Assembly: GCA_004431415.1 (NCBI GenBank)
Contig: QPMI01000225.1
Location: 72,151-136,150, forward strand
DNA from: Cyanophora paradoxa CCMP329
Lineage: Eukaryota > Plantae > Glaucophyta
Reading direction: 5' to 3'
Length of the DNA: 64,000 nucleotides
Within the stretch, counting starts at the first letter, position 1, and every line of letters starts with the position of its first letter. Below are positions 12,891 through 25,284 of the stretch, piece after piece. The notes beneath the pieces were generated by a model. That model saw nothing but the letters and a program-made list of their open reading frames with translations. It was not told where the DNA came from and searched no databases. A program made the position numbers and the translations under genes.

Positions 12891-14590
12891 ATGCAAGGCT
12901 CGATCGATTTCGACCAGGTCCAGCGCTTCGCGGAGGCAGACCGATGTGTGCTGGTGGTCGATGGCGATGTGCTCGACGTAACTGACTGGTTTGAACCTGC
13001 GCTACAGCACCGCCCGGCGCCGCGTGCACGTGAGAGCTCATTCGAATTCACCCGTAGGGCCGCGAGCCACCCGGGCGGTCCAGAGCTGCTGCATTCGCTC
13101 TCCGGCAAGGATGCGACCTGCGCGTTTCATTCCTATCATCCCCCGGACAGCAAGGCCGTGCGGTGCGCCCTCAAGGCTTGCCGGATCGGGCGCGTCGCTC
13201 CAGCTCCGCCTGCAAGGCCACGCGAGGCGCTCGCGGAGGCTAACGGAGGTTCATTGGATCGCAAAGCCATCAGAGGCTTCTACACCACGCTCCAGAGGCG
13301 CGTGGATGCGTACTTCAAAGAGAACAAGCTCGCGAGGCGCGGGCACACGCTCCTGTACGCCAAGACGGTCGCCATCCTCGCCCTCGCGAGCCTCAGCTAC
13401 CGCGTCGCGCTGTTCCCGAACGTTCCACGCCCCGTGCAATTCCTGTCAGCCGCCTTGCTCGGCGTCTGCATGGGGTGGATCGGCATCTGCATCCAGCACG
13501 ACGGCAATCACGGCTCATACTCGTCCAGCCAGCTTGTGCGTCGTGCGGCTGGCATCACTCTCGACCTGGGTGGATGCTCAAGCTACATCTGGACACGCAC
13601 CCACAACATGAGCCATCATATTTACACAAACACTAGCAAAGACCCAGACATTTGCGTGTCACAGGTACGCTGTGCATTGATTACTGGCATCATTGCTGTC
13701 CCTGATCGACTGCAAGCAGAAGGACATCAGACGATTCAGCACGTACCATCCACTCCACTGGTTTCATAGATTCCAGTACATCTACCTTCCTGTATTGTAC
13801 GGGATATTATCCTTTAAGAGCCATTTGGTTGAGGACTTCCGTGTTCTTCTAACTGGTGAATTCGGAGGGTGAGCAGTTCGCATGTTTCATTCCAGTGCTT
13901 CTTTTGTGTCGTCTAAATCCTCTGTCAGAGTGCAGATCGGTCGCCCCAAAGGCTTCGAGCTTGCTCTTTTTATTTCTGGCAAGGTGCAATTTGAATTCCA
14001 AACATAAGCCGGCAAAGCTGCAGCTGCAACTGCCTGTTTGCAGATTTACTTCTTCGGAATCTTCTTTGCTGTACCATACCTCCTCGGAGTTGAGGCTCGG
14101 CGTATCGCCCTGTGCTTCATAACTGCAGAGGTGCACATCTTAAAGTTTCTACTGTAAAGAGCGGTTTCTTATACGTGCCTTCACTGTGCAGGTTTTCTCT
14201 GGCTACATGCTTGCTTTTATCTTTCAGGTGGCTCACGTTGCGGATGGCGTGCACTTTTGGCCTGAAGAAGAAGAAGAGGGGAAGCCATTCGACAAGGACG
14301 TCTGGGCGGTGAGGCAGCTCATGTCCACGTCGAACTTCGCGCCCGGGTCGGCTCTGTGGACGCACATCACGGGTGGCCTCAACCACCAAGTCGAGCACCA
14401 CCTCTTCCCCGGGATTTCCCACACCCACTACCCAGCTATCTCGCGCATCGTGCGAGACGCGTGCCTCGAGCACGGCGTGCCGTACCTCGCGTTCCCGTCC
14501 TTCTGGGAGGCGGTCAAGGCCCACATCCGCTGGCTGAAGAAGCTCGGCACCGCCAAAGCTTCTTGCAGCATGTCCCTGTACTCTATGTAA
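12891..14590 (+). CDS. Front-end (delta-5-like) fatty acid desaturase with N-terminal cytochrome b5
   Basis: HPGG, QHDGNH, HNMSHH and the front-end-specific GGLNHQVEHHLFP box. Confidence 0.93.
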
Positions 14591-15198
14591 TTTATTAGTT
14601 TACAGTTCACAGTTCGCATGTACATGTTTCTCTCCTGTCCCTGTCCTTTGCGGGTACCTCGCTCCAGATCTGAATCTCACTGTCTGCATTCTAATTACCA
14701 GACTAGTACTCCATTTCTGGTTTAGGCCTAGAGTTGACGTTGTAGCTAGATGTAGGTCGCATCTTGGTACTACGGTACCGGTAGGCCTAATGGAGCTAGA
14801 TATAATGTAGCCATGAAAATTCGCTCATTTTGTACTAGCTACTATGGTGTGCATGCGCAGATCTAGATCTAGATTCATGATTATTGACGCCGAGTCGACG
14901 GTCCGTCTCAACATTGGGAACCAATCACGGCTGGCAACAACCCGCATCGATCCGACGATCGATATCATATAATGACATGAAATGGCGTGAGCGGCGGAAG
15001 GGGGGAAGCGGAAGAGTTCAAAAGGGCTGGGTTGAATCAGGAAGGAGGGCCGGGAGCTCGAGTCGGAGCCCGCTAGGCCCGGACAAGCGGGGCGCGCAAG
15101 CTCGGGAGGACACGGGAGACGCGGGGAGATGTAAGGGTACACGCCCGTATGGGGGCCGGGGGAGAATCCAGGGAGAGGGGTACGCAAAGCTCGAGGGC

Positions 15199-17897
15199 CT
15201 ACTCGAAAGTGGAGAGAGACGCGTCGAGCTCCCTGAACTGCTCGTGGAAGACCTGGCCGGGATGCTTAGTTGGGGGGGGGGGGGGGGGGGGAAAGTGGGG
15301 CAGGGGCAGGGTGGTGGGGGGAGGGGGGTGGGGGGTGGGTTGCGGAACCTTCAGGAGCGCTATCATGTGGTCCACGTCATCTGTCCCGCAGACCTCGCGA
15401 ACGCTGCCCGTCCGGCGTGAGGACGAGCGCGCGGGGTGCGAGGCGCAGCTAATCACTGATTCGAGGTAGGGCGGGAGGTCTGGGCGCGATGCAAGTTTGC
15501 GGGGCACCTGTGCATGGAGAGCTGCCCGTTGCCGATGTCGACGGTGCGCACGCCGCAGTTCGTCGCGATGATCGGCCCGATCGTCGACCCGCACGGCATG
15601 TCGTTCCGCACCACGAAGTCCTGCCCCGAGGCCCCGCCGTGTGGGCGGGGCGGCACGCTCTCCACAGAATGTAGTGGCTGGGGGTACCTGGATCGGGATA
15701 TTGTTGCGCTGCGCGAGGGTACGGATGATGAACGAGGAGACCGAGTTTGTCGCGTAGCGCTGCGGGGGCGGGCGTTAGCCGAGACGCGGGCGGGGCGGCG
15801 GGGGCGGGTCGGGGCGGGGGCGGGTGCCGTAGCGCGCCTGGTTGCCGTTGGTCTTGATGACGGGCCCGCGGTGGAGGAGCGGCCTGTGCTTGTCCTCGTG
15901 CTTGTCCGCGTAGTTCGGGTGGCACGCGTGCGCGTTGTCCGCTGCGAGGCGCAAAGCGAGGGTCATGACGGGCGGGCGGGAGGCTGCGCTGCGCGGGCGG
16001 GCGGGCGGGGGCGGGGGAGGAGGACCGGAGACGAGGAAGGAGCGGCGGCAGACGCGCTCGAAGACATCGGCCTGGGCGAGCGGGCTCGAGGAGTCGCCTA
16101 GGGTGAGCGCGAGGCGCCGGAGCGTCTCCTGGAGCAGCGAGCTCCCGGCCCCGTGCGTCGAGCAGGAGCCGACCTCCTCGTGGTCGAAGAGCGCGATCAG
16201 GCGCACGTCCTCGTCCTCCGGCACCGTCGGCAGCGTCTCCACGAAGCTCTCCAGCGCGCAGAAGCACGAGAGCAGGTTGTCGATGCGCGCCGAAAAGATG
16301 AACTCGCGGAAGACGCCTCCGATGACCGCCGGCTGCGTGTCGCACACCGACAGTTCAAAGTCCATGATGTCCGCCGCTGCGGGCCGGCGGGGCGGGTCGG
16401 CCGGGGCGGGAGGGGGGGCGCGGCGGCGCAGGGGGCGGCGCGGAGGGCGGCGCGGGGGGCCGGCGGGAGGGCGGTGTAACGCACGCTCGCACTTGAGCTC
16501 GTCGGCGAGGAGCCGGAGCAGCGCGGGATGGTGCCGCGACTCGTCCGCGTCCTTCTCCAGCTGCCTGCGGCGGCGCTCGGCGCTGCCCCGGGCCGGCGCC
16601 AGCGCGCACGGGCGGACGCGGCGTACCCCTTGATCGCCGTGGAGAGGATAGGCAGGAGGTGCGTCTGCTTGTTCACCTGCGGGGGGCGTGAGAGGCGCGC
16701 CGCCGGCGGCGGCAGCAGCTGAAGAGAGAGACAGACCTTAAAGCCCTCGTTGACCTCGCGGTCAAGGTGGATCGCAAGCGACGAGATGCGCATGATCGGA
16801 CGCTCGATGTGCACCAGCCTACCGGCAGCCGGTCGGCAGGGCGTAGGGCGCTGCGCGGGCGCGGGCACACCTGTGCTCAAAGCGGTCCGGTCCGCCTTCC
16901 GGGGTGCGGGTGCTGACGATAACGCGGCCGGCGACGGTGAGATCGCTGCGAGCACGGTCAAAAAAGAGGAGAAAGGAAGGAACAGGAAGAGCGCACCGGT
17001 CGAACCAGGTGTACCAGAGGCCGCCGCCGTACGTCTCAACGCCGACCTGCATGTAGCCGTTCTTCGATACCGCCGAAATGGGCTTGACCTGCGGGCGCGT
17101 GGTCGTCGGGCCGCCATGAGCGCGTGCGGAGGGGGCGTTGAGCTACCTTGAGGTTCGGACTGTCGGTGTGCGCGGCGACCATCTTCACGCCGTTGCCCGG
17201 CTTCTGCAAAGGGACACGCAGCTTAGGGAGCGCGTGGCCAGCTCGCACTCGCGCGCACATATTTGCCGCCAACTGTGAAGGCGCAGATGGTGCTCTGATT
17301 GCGTGTGAAGAAGTAGCGGCCGCCGGGCTGCAGATTCCAGTGGTCCGCCTCCGAAATGGGCTCGAAACCGTTCTCGAGCAATCTCCTGCGGCACAGGTCT
17401 GCGCCCGATCGTGTCACGGCCAAGCGGTGATTCGCGCAAGGGAGACAGGACGAATCGCACCGACGGCGTGGAAGGGAGAGGGACAAGCGTTGACGAAGTT
17501 CACGAAATCGACGGCTCGCTGCGGGTCGGCGTCCCGCTGCACGTCCCAATCAATCAAAGTCACGAGTCCGCGGGAGGAGCGGCACGCGCGAGCGCACGAC
17601 AGGTTTGGGTGCCGGCGGGGCCGTCGGCGTGTCCAGCGGCGTGCTGGGGGCCGGGGCCGGCTCGCTAGAGTTGAAAAGTCGGAAGGCGCCCCTTTGCGGC
17701 GGCGCTCGCCTCGCCGCTGCTCCGGATAACTCAGGGACGGCTTCGCCGAAGAAATGGCGCCGATGTGCAGTAAGCTGCGAGCGCGCCGCCCGTGGAGCGC
17801 AGCATGCTCGTGCCTGGCGCAACGCTGATCTGAAGATCGGCGCGCTGATTCGGCCAGTCACGTTGATGATAGAAGAGGCAAACGCCGCAGGCTCCAT
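15199..17897 (-). CDS. DNPEP: Aspartyl aminopeptidase (M18) with N-terminal extension
   Basis: [66 protein letters not shown] and QLSMH. The start ATG at 17897 is inferred. Confidence 0.93.
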
Positions 17898-18116
17898 CCC
17901 TGCAGAGACCACGGCGCTCCTTTTTTTCACGAGCCTGGGTACGGCAGGCTATTTTTCTTTTGCGCCTCGCACTACGGACAGGCGAGGCTTGGAGGAGTTA
18001 GCAGCGCATTGTCAAGGACTCAGCGCATCGCCGCTGGTCGCGCGTCGGGACAGCACCCGCCGCCGCCCACGGCGCCGCCGGAAGCGGCACAGTTGTTAAA
18101 GACAGGCGGGCCTGGT

Positions 18117-20924
18117 ATGGCCAGGCAACCAACGCCTGGTCATGGCGACGAGCACGGCGGGCAGCTCGACCCCATTCGCTCCTCGCCGACTGGGCCCGTC
18201 GGCAAATGCGGAGTGTGCACGAAGAAGAAGAGCATGCGCGAGCTTTCTTCATTGGATTCCGGAATTGGTAAGCAAGCACCGTGGCGCTCTGCGATTGCAC
18301 TGCCGCTGATTATGAACCCTTCAGAGCAAAATCTTAGGCGTCGCTGGGGCGCGCTGTACAAGTCGCGAGGCTCGAAGATCTGCACTGTCTGCAAGGCCGA
18401 CATCTGCGCGTGGGCCGTGTCTGCGAAGGCGAACGTGCGCGAAGCTTCCAATCGCGAGCGTCTTCGGTGCTGCTGCACCGTCATCCGCTTATTCACGCCT
18501 GCTCGCAGTCCCCATTCAAAGATGTTAACGAGCGGGCGCGAGCGGGTCAAGCGCGGCGCGAACGGGACAAGCGCTTCGCCAATACAATCGATGAAGACCT
18601 GGAAACCTTTAGAAACGGCCTAGACATCGGGTCTCCCCCGGTGCGCAGCCTGCTTTCTTTCCTTGTAATTGTAGCTAACGAGTGCGCCTCTGGAAGAACC
18701 CGGAGGCGCTTCCGGAGGCGCACGACCGGAGGCGGCGTGAGCCGGCACCCTCGCAGCCGGCCCAAGTGCGGCTGCCTGAAGGTGCGCCGAACTTCGCGAC
18801 AGCAGTATCGCCTTCACGAGTTCCAGAGCCACACGGCGTGGAGGGGCCGCGAATTTTCACTCATCCCCGCCGCGCAGATGTGCGGAGCTGGAGCCAGGAG
18901 GATGTCGCCGCCTTCTTGAACAACCTGCGGTTGACGCAGTACCGCGACAAGTTCGCGGAGCAGGCCATCGACGGAGATCTTCTCCTGGAGATCCGGTTCG
19001 CTCGGCCGGCTCGCTGCGCCGCTCCCGGTCCGCCGGCTGACACAGACCGGCCGCTCGCTCGCAGGGAGAAGCACTTAAAGGAGGAGTTCCAAATACGGGA
19101 CAGCTTCCACGTAAAGAAGCTCGTGAAGGCGATCGAGAACCTGCGGGACAAGTGCCCGCCCGCGCCGCCACCGGCGAACGGGCAGATCTTCAGGTTCGAC
19201 GAGGACCACGACGTCGTCCAACGCCCGACGGACCGGCCCACGGACAAGCTAATCGGCGCGAACGCGATGTGGTGCGCCGGGCCGCTTCTCTCCTCGTCTT
19301 TCTCCGAGCGGGGGCCGACGCGGGGGCGCCGCAGGAAGATAAACTTCAAGGAGATCGCGCTGGGTGAGCGCATCGGCAGCGGGAGCTTCGGGGAGGTGCG
19401 GGTGGGGACGTGGAAGGGCCTCGAGGTCGCCGTCCCCACCCGCACCTCCCCGAAGCTCCCGCTGCCTGGTCCTTAAGCCACACGCCTGGTCCTCAGGTCG
19501 CCGTCAAGATCCTTAAAGACCAGGATCTCAACGAGGAGATGACGAACACGTTCAGCTCCGAGGTCTCCTTGATGCGCAAGCTCAGCCACCCCAATGTCGT
19601 CCAGCTCCTCGGCGCCTGCTGCGAGCCGCCCAACCTCGCCATCGGTGCGCCGCCTCCGCTCTGCTCTGCCGCGCTCCGCTCCGGGCCGGCCCGCTGAGCT
19701 TCGGCCGGAACGCGCAGTGACGCCGCTGCACCGGAAGGGATCCCTCTTCCGCGTGCTGCACCGCGTGCGCATCGACCTCTCGTGGCACAGGCGGGTCTGC
19801 ATGGCCATTGACGGTAACTCTTGCTTGCTCCCCCCTTCTCCCCTCTTTTCCTTTCCGTGCGGTCTGACGCGCCGCTCCCCGCGCCGGCAGTCGCCCTCGG
19901 GATGACCTACCTGCATTCCATGCGCGTCTGCCACCGCGACCTCAAGTCGGCGAACTGCCTCGTGGACGTGCGCCTTTCCTCTCTCCTCTCTCTGTTCTTC
20001 CCCCCGCCCACCCGCCCGCCCGCCCGCCGGCCCACGCCGCGCCGCCTCCGCAGAAGCACAACGCGGTGCGCGTGGGGGACTTCGGCTTCTCTCGCGTCAA
20101 GACAACCACCATGGACAAGTTCCAGACGCAGGCCGGTGCGCCGCCAGCGAGGATCGGAACAGTTGGAGGGGGCGGGCCCTCTGACCTCGCGCGACCCACG
20201 CAGGCACTTACGCGTACATGGCGCCGGAGGTGCTGAGGAACGAGCCCTACAACGAGTCGGCCGACGTCTTCAGGTAAAGCTTGCTTATCAGCCTTGTCCC
20301 TTGGCAGCGAAGTAACCAAAAGAAAACAGCTTCGGCGTGGTGCTATGGGAACTGCTAAAACGGGAGGAGCCCTTCCACTGTGCGGCCCGCCCGCCCCCCG
20401 CCCGCGCGCCCAGGTCGGCGGCGGTCCCCCGTCCTCCCCTCACGGGCGCCCCTGCAGGGATGTCGCCCTACGCGATCCCCTTCTTCATCTCCTCGGGAAA
20501 CCGGCTGCCGGTGCCGGACGAGAACCCCGAGCAGCTCGCGGCCTTCGGCTCCTACCGCGAGCTGCTGCTCTCGTGCTGGCACGAGGAGCCCGCGGCGCGC
20601 CCCTCCTTCGAGGTCATCCTCGAGCGCCTCAAGCAGATCGCCTCGGAGATCAAGCGCGCCGCCGCGGCCGCCGCCGGGGGGCCCCCTTCCCCGGCCGCCG
20701 CCGCCGCCATCCCCGCCCAGCACCCGGCCGTCGCCCACGGGCGCACGCCCTCCTCGGCCGCCCTCAACGGCCTGCAGCCGGCCATCCCCGGCGCCGGCTT
20801 CGAGTTCCCCGCCCCGCCCGCCGACGCCCCGGCCGCGGCAGCGGCGGCGCTCGCGCCCCACGCCAACGGGGCCAACGGGGCCCGGAGCGTGCGGGCGGCG
20901 CCTCAGGAGGGCGGGGCGGGGTGA
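18117..20924 (+). CDS. SAM-domain tyrosine-kinase-like (TKL) protein kinase with Cys-rich N-terminus
   Basis: SAM: WSQEDVAAFLNNLRLTQYRDKFAEQAIDGDLLL. Kinase: IGSGSFGEV, VAVK, HRDLKSAN, DFG, GTYAYMAPE, CWHEEPAARPSF. Confidence 0.92.
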
Positions 20925-21445
20925 GCGCGGCCGCCCCGCGCGATCGACAGGCCGTTCGTCTTTCGCCTTTCGCTTTCGGCGGTTTGGATCTGTTTCGGCA
21001 CAGCTTGGGCCTCGGCGGCAGCATGCCAGGCCGCGGTGGCACGCACCAGGCGGCCCCGCGAAATACAACAGTCAGGGCGGCGCGCCCGCCGCCCCTCGGG
21101 CGGCGGTGCGTGCCGCCGGTGGCGCTCCGCGGCGGCGGACAGGGCCCGGGCGGGGCCGCGAGCTCCGCGGCTAGCCGCCCGCAGGCCCCCTGCCTCCCCC
21201 GCGGCGCGCGTGTGCTCCACTGAGTCCATCCAATTTTGCGTCACATCACTCTCTCCCGCTCTATATCCACCTCCCTTGGAGTCCTTGTCGTTGTTCTTTA
21301 GGTTCTGGTTACTATTCTTTGCAGACAGCTCTTTCAAATTAAATGTTTCATCAGTACGAGGATGCACTCACTACGCGCAATACTTTACGCAAAGAACGAA
21401 ACATATAGAGCGACAGGAAAAAGCGGCGCCGAGGGCTAGACCTTT

Positions 21446-23913
21446 CTAGAGGTTGTAGGACCTGCGGAGCTGCAGGGGCTGCGCCTGCGGCTGCAGGAGC
21501 TTGGACTTGTTCGCGGCGTCGCCCTCCTTCTCCTTCTCCCGCAGCTTCGCGGCGGCGGCGGCGGCGGCGTTCTCCTTGTCGGCGCCGCGGGCGGAGACGG
21601 GCTCCATGGAGCTCGTGCGGTGCAGGGCGAAGGGCCACTCGCGGTGCGGCACGGCGACGCTCTCCGGGGGGGCCCCCGCCGGCCCCGGGCCCCTCTCCAT
21701 CTGCTTCACCTGCGCCCCCGTCAGAAGGAGCCGCCCCGGCGGGAGGGCGGAGGGAGGCGGGAAGGGCGCTCGCCCGGGCGCGGACGGCGCTGGTGGGGCG
21801 CGAGGGCCGCGGCGGGGCGGGGACCTCGATCTCGCGGGGCAGCGGCGGGGGCGGCGAGGCGCTGCGGGAGCCCGGAAGGGAGCGCGCGGTGGAGGGGCCC
21901 GAGGAGGCGACCAGGCCCGCCTGCGGGGCACGCTCGCCCCCCAAGCGAACGGCGCGGGGGAGGGGCGCACGGAGAGGGCGATCTCGAAGAGGGGCAGGTG
22001 GACGCTGCTCAGGCGCTGGCTGAGGGAGCGGTTCTCGGCCTCGAGGGCGACGACGCGGGCGCGGAGCAGGTCGAGCTCCGAGGCCGCCGCCGCCTCCGCC
22101 TCCTCCGCCACCTCCAGCAGCGAGCGCCGCATCTCCCGGCAGTCCGCCGCCAGCGCGTCCACCTTGCGCACGCAGCGAGCTCGGCGCGGGGCGAGGGGGT
22201 TGCGGGGCTGGGGGGCGGGCCACCTGGGCGCGGATGTCGCCGGCGGGGGCGGCGTCCTTGAGGGGCGAGGCGGAGGGCGAGGGGGCCTGCATGGAGACCT
22301 GCGCCGGCGTCGGCGGGGGCGGCGCGGGGCGCCCGGGGGGCACAGGCGGACGTCGCGGGTCTCGGCGGCCCCGCGGCCGCTCTGCCCGCCAGCCGCCGCG
22401 AGCGCCGCGTCCGAGCTGACGTTGAGGCTGTCGATCTGCACCCGCAGCTCCTCTGCGGGGGACCGTCCGCCGCGCAGAGGCGGAGCGAGGGGCCGGCCCC
22501 GCGCACCGATCTTCCGGTCGCTGGCGGCGAGCTTCTCCTTGAGCTCGCGGAGCTGGCGGGCCTGGGAGGCCTCCTTGCCAGGCGAGGCGGCGGCGGGGGC
22601 GGCGGCGAGGGCGGCGGCGGCGGAGAGGCGGGCCCTGAGGAGCTCGGCCTCGCGCCGCGCGGCGTCGCGCTCCTCCTCGAGCGCCCCGCACGCCTCCGCC
22701 AGCTCCTGTACGACTGTCTGCACGTAACCCAGCGAGCGCAGCAGCCGCCCCGGCGACGGCGTCCGCTCCGCCCCGGCCGGGCTCAGCTCCAGCAGGAGGG
22801 CCGGCGGCGCCGCCGCCGGCGTGCTCTCGCAGCCGGCCACGGCGCCGGGGAGGGGTCGGCCCGGGCTGACGCAGATGGGGCAGGGCTCGCCGGGGGGCGG
22901 GGGCGAGGCGGAGCAGTAGGAGCAGGAGGGGGAGGGGGGAGGGGGCGCCCCCGAGCGCGCGCTGGGCGAGAGGAGCACGTGCGTCGTCTGCGCGCTGCTG
23001 GCGCTGCCGGGCGGCCCCGCGGAGAGGGGCGAGCTCGCCCGGATCGAGTCGACCAGCTCCGAGAGGCGCGCGATGGCGGCCTGGGCCCGCGCGGCGCTCG
23101 AGCCCGGCCGCGGGGGCGTGCGCGGCGCCTGCTCGCCCCCGGTCGCGCTCTCCCCCGCGCGCTTGGAGAGCTCCTCGTTCTCCTGCACGACGACCTGCGC
23201 GGCGGTGGGCGGGAGCCGGGCGCGGCGGGGCGCGGCGCCGAGGCGGACGGCGAGGGCGTCCTTGGCGGCGTCGGCCTGGTCGCGCTGCTGCCTCAGCGCG
23301 GCCTGCAGCTGCGCCTGCGCCTCCTCCAGCTGCGTGATGCGCTGCGTGAGCTCCGCGTTGTGGTCCGCCAGCCGGTTGCGCGAGGTCCGCAGGTCGCTCC
23401 ACATCTGGAAGAGCGCCAGCATCTCGCTCGATTGCTCGCTGGCGCGGCGAAGCCCGCGCGGTCAGGAGAAGGCGGCAGGGACGCGCGATGGGCGTGCATA
23501 CCTCCGCGCCTCGTCCAGCTGCTCGCCGACCTGGGTCTGCTGGTTGTCCCGCAGGCAAGTGCGCGGCGTGAAGAGCACGCGCGACAGGGACTGGCCCCTC
23601 TTCGACTTCCTGCAGAGATCTGCAGCGTTCGGCGGTCACGCCTCTGCGAGGGAGCGAGCGGGGGCGAACGAGGCTCGCCCTGATAGGTCTCATGCAGCAC
23701 GAGAAGAATATCCTCGCGGGAGATGAGCCGCAGGATTTTCAGAGCGAAGTCCGCGTCGTCGGGGTGGTTGACCTGCGCCCGCCGGCGCGCGGTCAGCTGC
23801 GGCGCGCCATCCAAGTGCGGCAGCACATGCAGACGCACCCAGCTCATGTTCGGGACGCGCATGTTGGGCCGGAGGCGCGAGCGGCGGTCGCTCGCTGCTG
23901 CCGATTCTGTCAT
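21446..23913 (-). CDS. Uncharacterised coiled-coil protein (multi-exon)
   Basis: Heptad-rich E/L/A/R segments (LADHNAELTQRITQLEEAQAQLQAALR; LRELKEKL) joined by typical short introns. Confidence 0.7.
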
Positions 23914-25003
23914 CGGGCGCACACGCTATGGCTTTGCAACGCTAGCTGATTTGTGTACTATTCGGACGCGCTGGCGCTGGGCGCGGCTTGCGAAAACTGA
24001 TGAGCACCCGTTGTGGTTTGAACCCGATTGAGCATTGTACCCGTCAGCTAGTTGCGGCTAGCGTCGGCTTGCCTTGCTTTCTCGCGACGAGCTCCGCGAG
24101 GCAGGTGAGCAGGGCGCTCGGGGTTCGCGATCTCGCATCTAGGTGCCGCGTTTGGCCGGTTTCCATGCTGACGTTCGGTCCGAGGCATCCGACCGCCGCC
24201 AACCGCCGTAGCAAGGCAAGCGGGCGCGCGGAGGCGTTGGGGTGCGTGATCCTGCACCTTGGTGTTGTGTTTGGCCGATCAGGGCGCAGTTCAAAAGGAG
24301 ATCTAGATTCGTGCTGAACGCCGTGCGTGGGACCCGAGCGTTCCGCGGCAGATCCACCGTAGGAAAGAGCTATAGAAGGCCACGAAAGCGCTAAAAAGCG
24401 TCCGGTGCGCTTTCTCGCCCCGGCCCCCTGTGTCAAAACCGGCCGCGGCCGCGGCCGGCCCGGCCCGCGCGGCCGCGCGGCCGCGGCCAACGTTAACCCG
24501 ACCGTGTACATTTTCAGTGCACGTGGCGCGCAAGCTTAAGCCAGCTAGCGTGCTCCGGAGTTCGGATCCAAGCTCGAGCATCCGGGCCCGCGTCTAGATC
24601 TGCATGCGCAGCTGCATGTACATGTACATATGCATGTGCATGCATGTGATCATGAGCTTGCAATTGCCCGCCGCTAGCTGTAGCGGACCAGCATCTCCGA
24701 ATATGCATACAGCTGCAGCCAGAGGCCGCTTGCACGACATGTACAGCTGCAGCCCGTCGCCATTTGCATTCAAGGCCTAGATCGATGTCTAGATCCGCAG
24801 TTGCAGCTGCAGCTTGCTGCACAGATATGCCGCGTTGGCCACGCGCTCGGCCACTGAGGCCGCACGCGTATACGTAATCTCCGCTGATCATGACAAGCGT
24901 GCATGCGGTACGCGTACACATACGTATACATGCAACCGGACGCTGGCTAATCATTTGAATTTTAACGGTTTACGCGCATCAAAATAACAGCTGGCAGAGT
25001 GCC

Positions 25004-25074
25004 CTCTGCGAACATGTACGTGTTACGCGGTTTAGCGGTTTACGCGCACCAGTAACACGTACATGTTCGCAGAG
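25004..25074. repeat. Perfect 23-bp inverted repeat with nearby 13-bp direct repeats
   Basis: CTCTGCGAACATGTACGTGTTAC at 25004-25026 and its reverse complement at 25052-25074. CGGTTTACGCGCA occurs at 24966 and 25036. Confidence 0.9.
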
Positions 25075-25284
25075 TGCATGATCAACGTTAACGCCGCCGT
25101 GCTCCAGCGCTACCCCCCCTTCTCATGCGCTACCCCCCGAGGAAGCTCCCGAGAAAATGACAAATCTTGAGGTATCTTATCTCTGGATATGCTAGAGATA
25201 CGTATACGAGCGCGCCGTTAAAGCAGACGACGCGTTTCTCAGCGAATTCGCACACGACTGCGGCCAACGCGCAACTCTTCTGGA

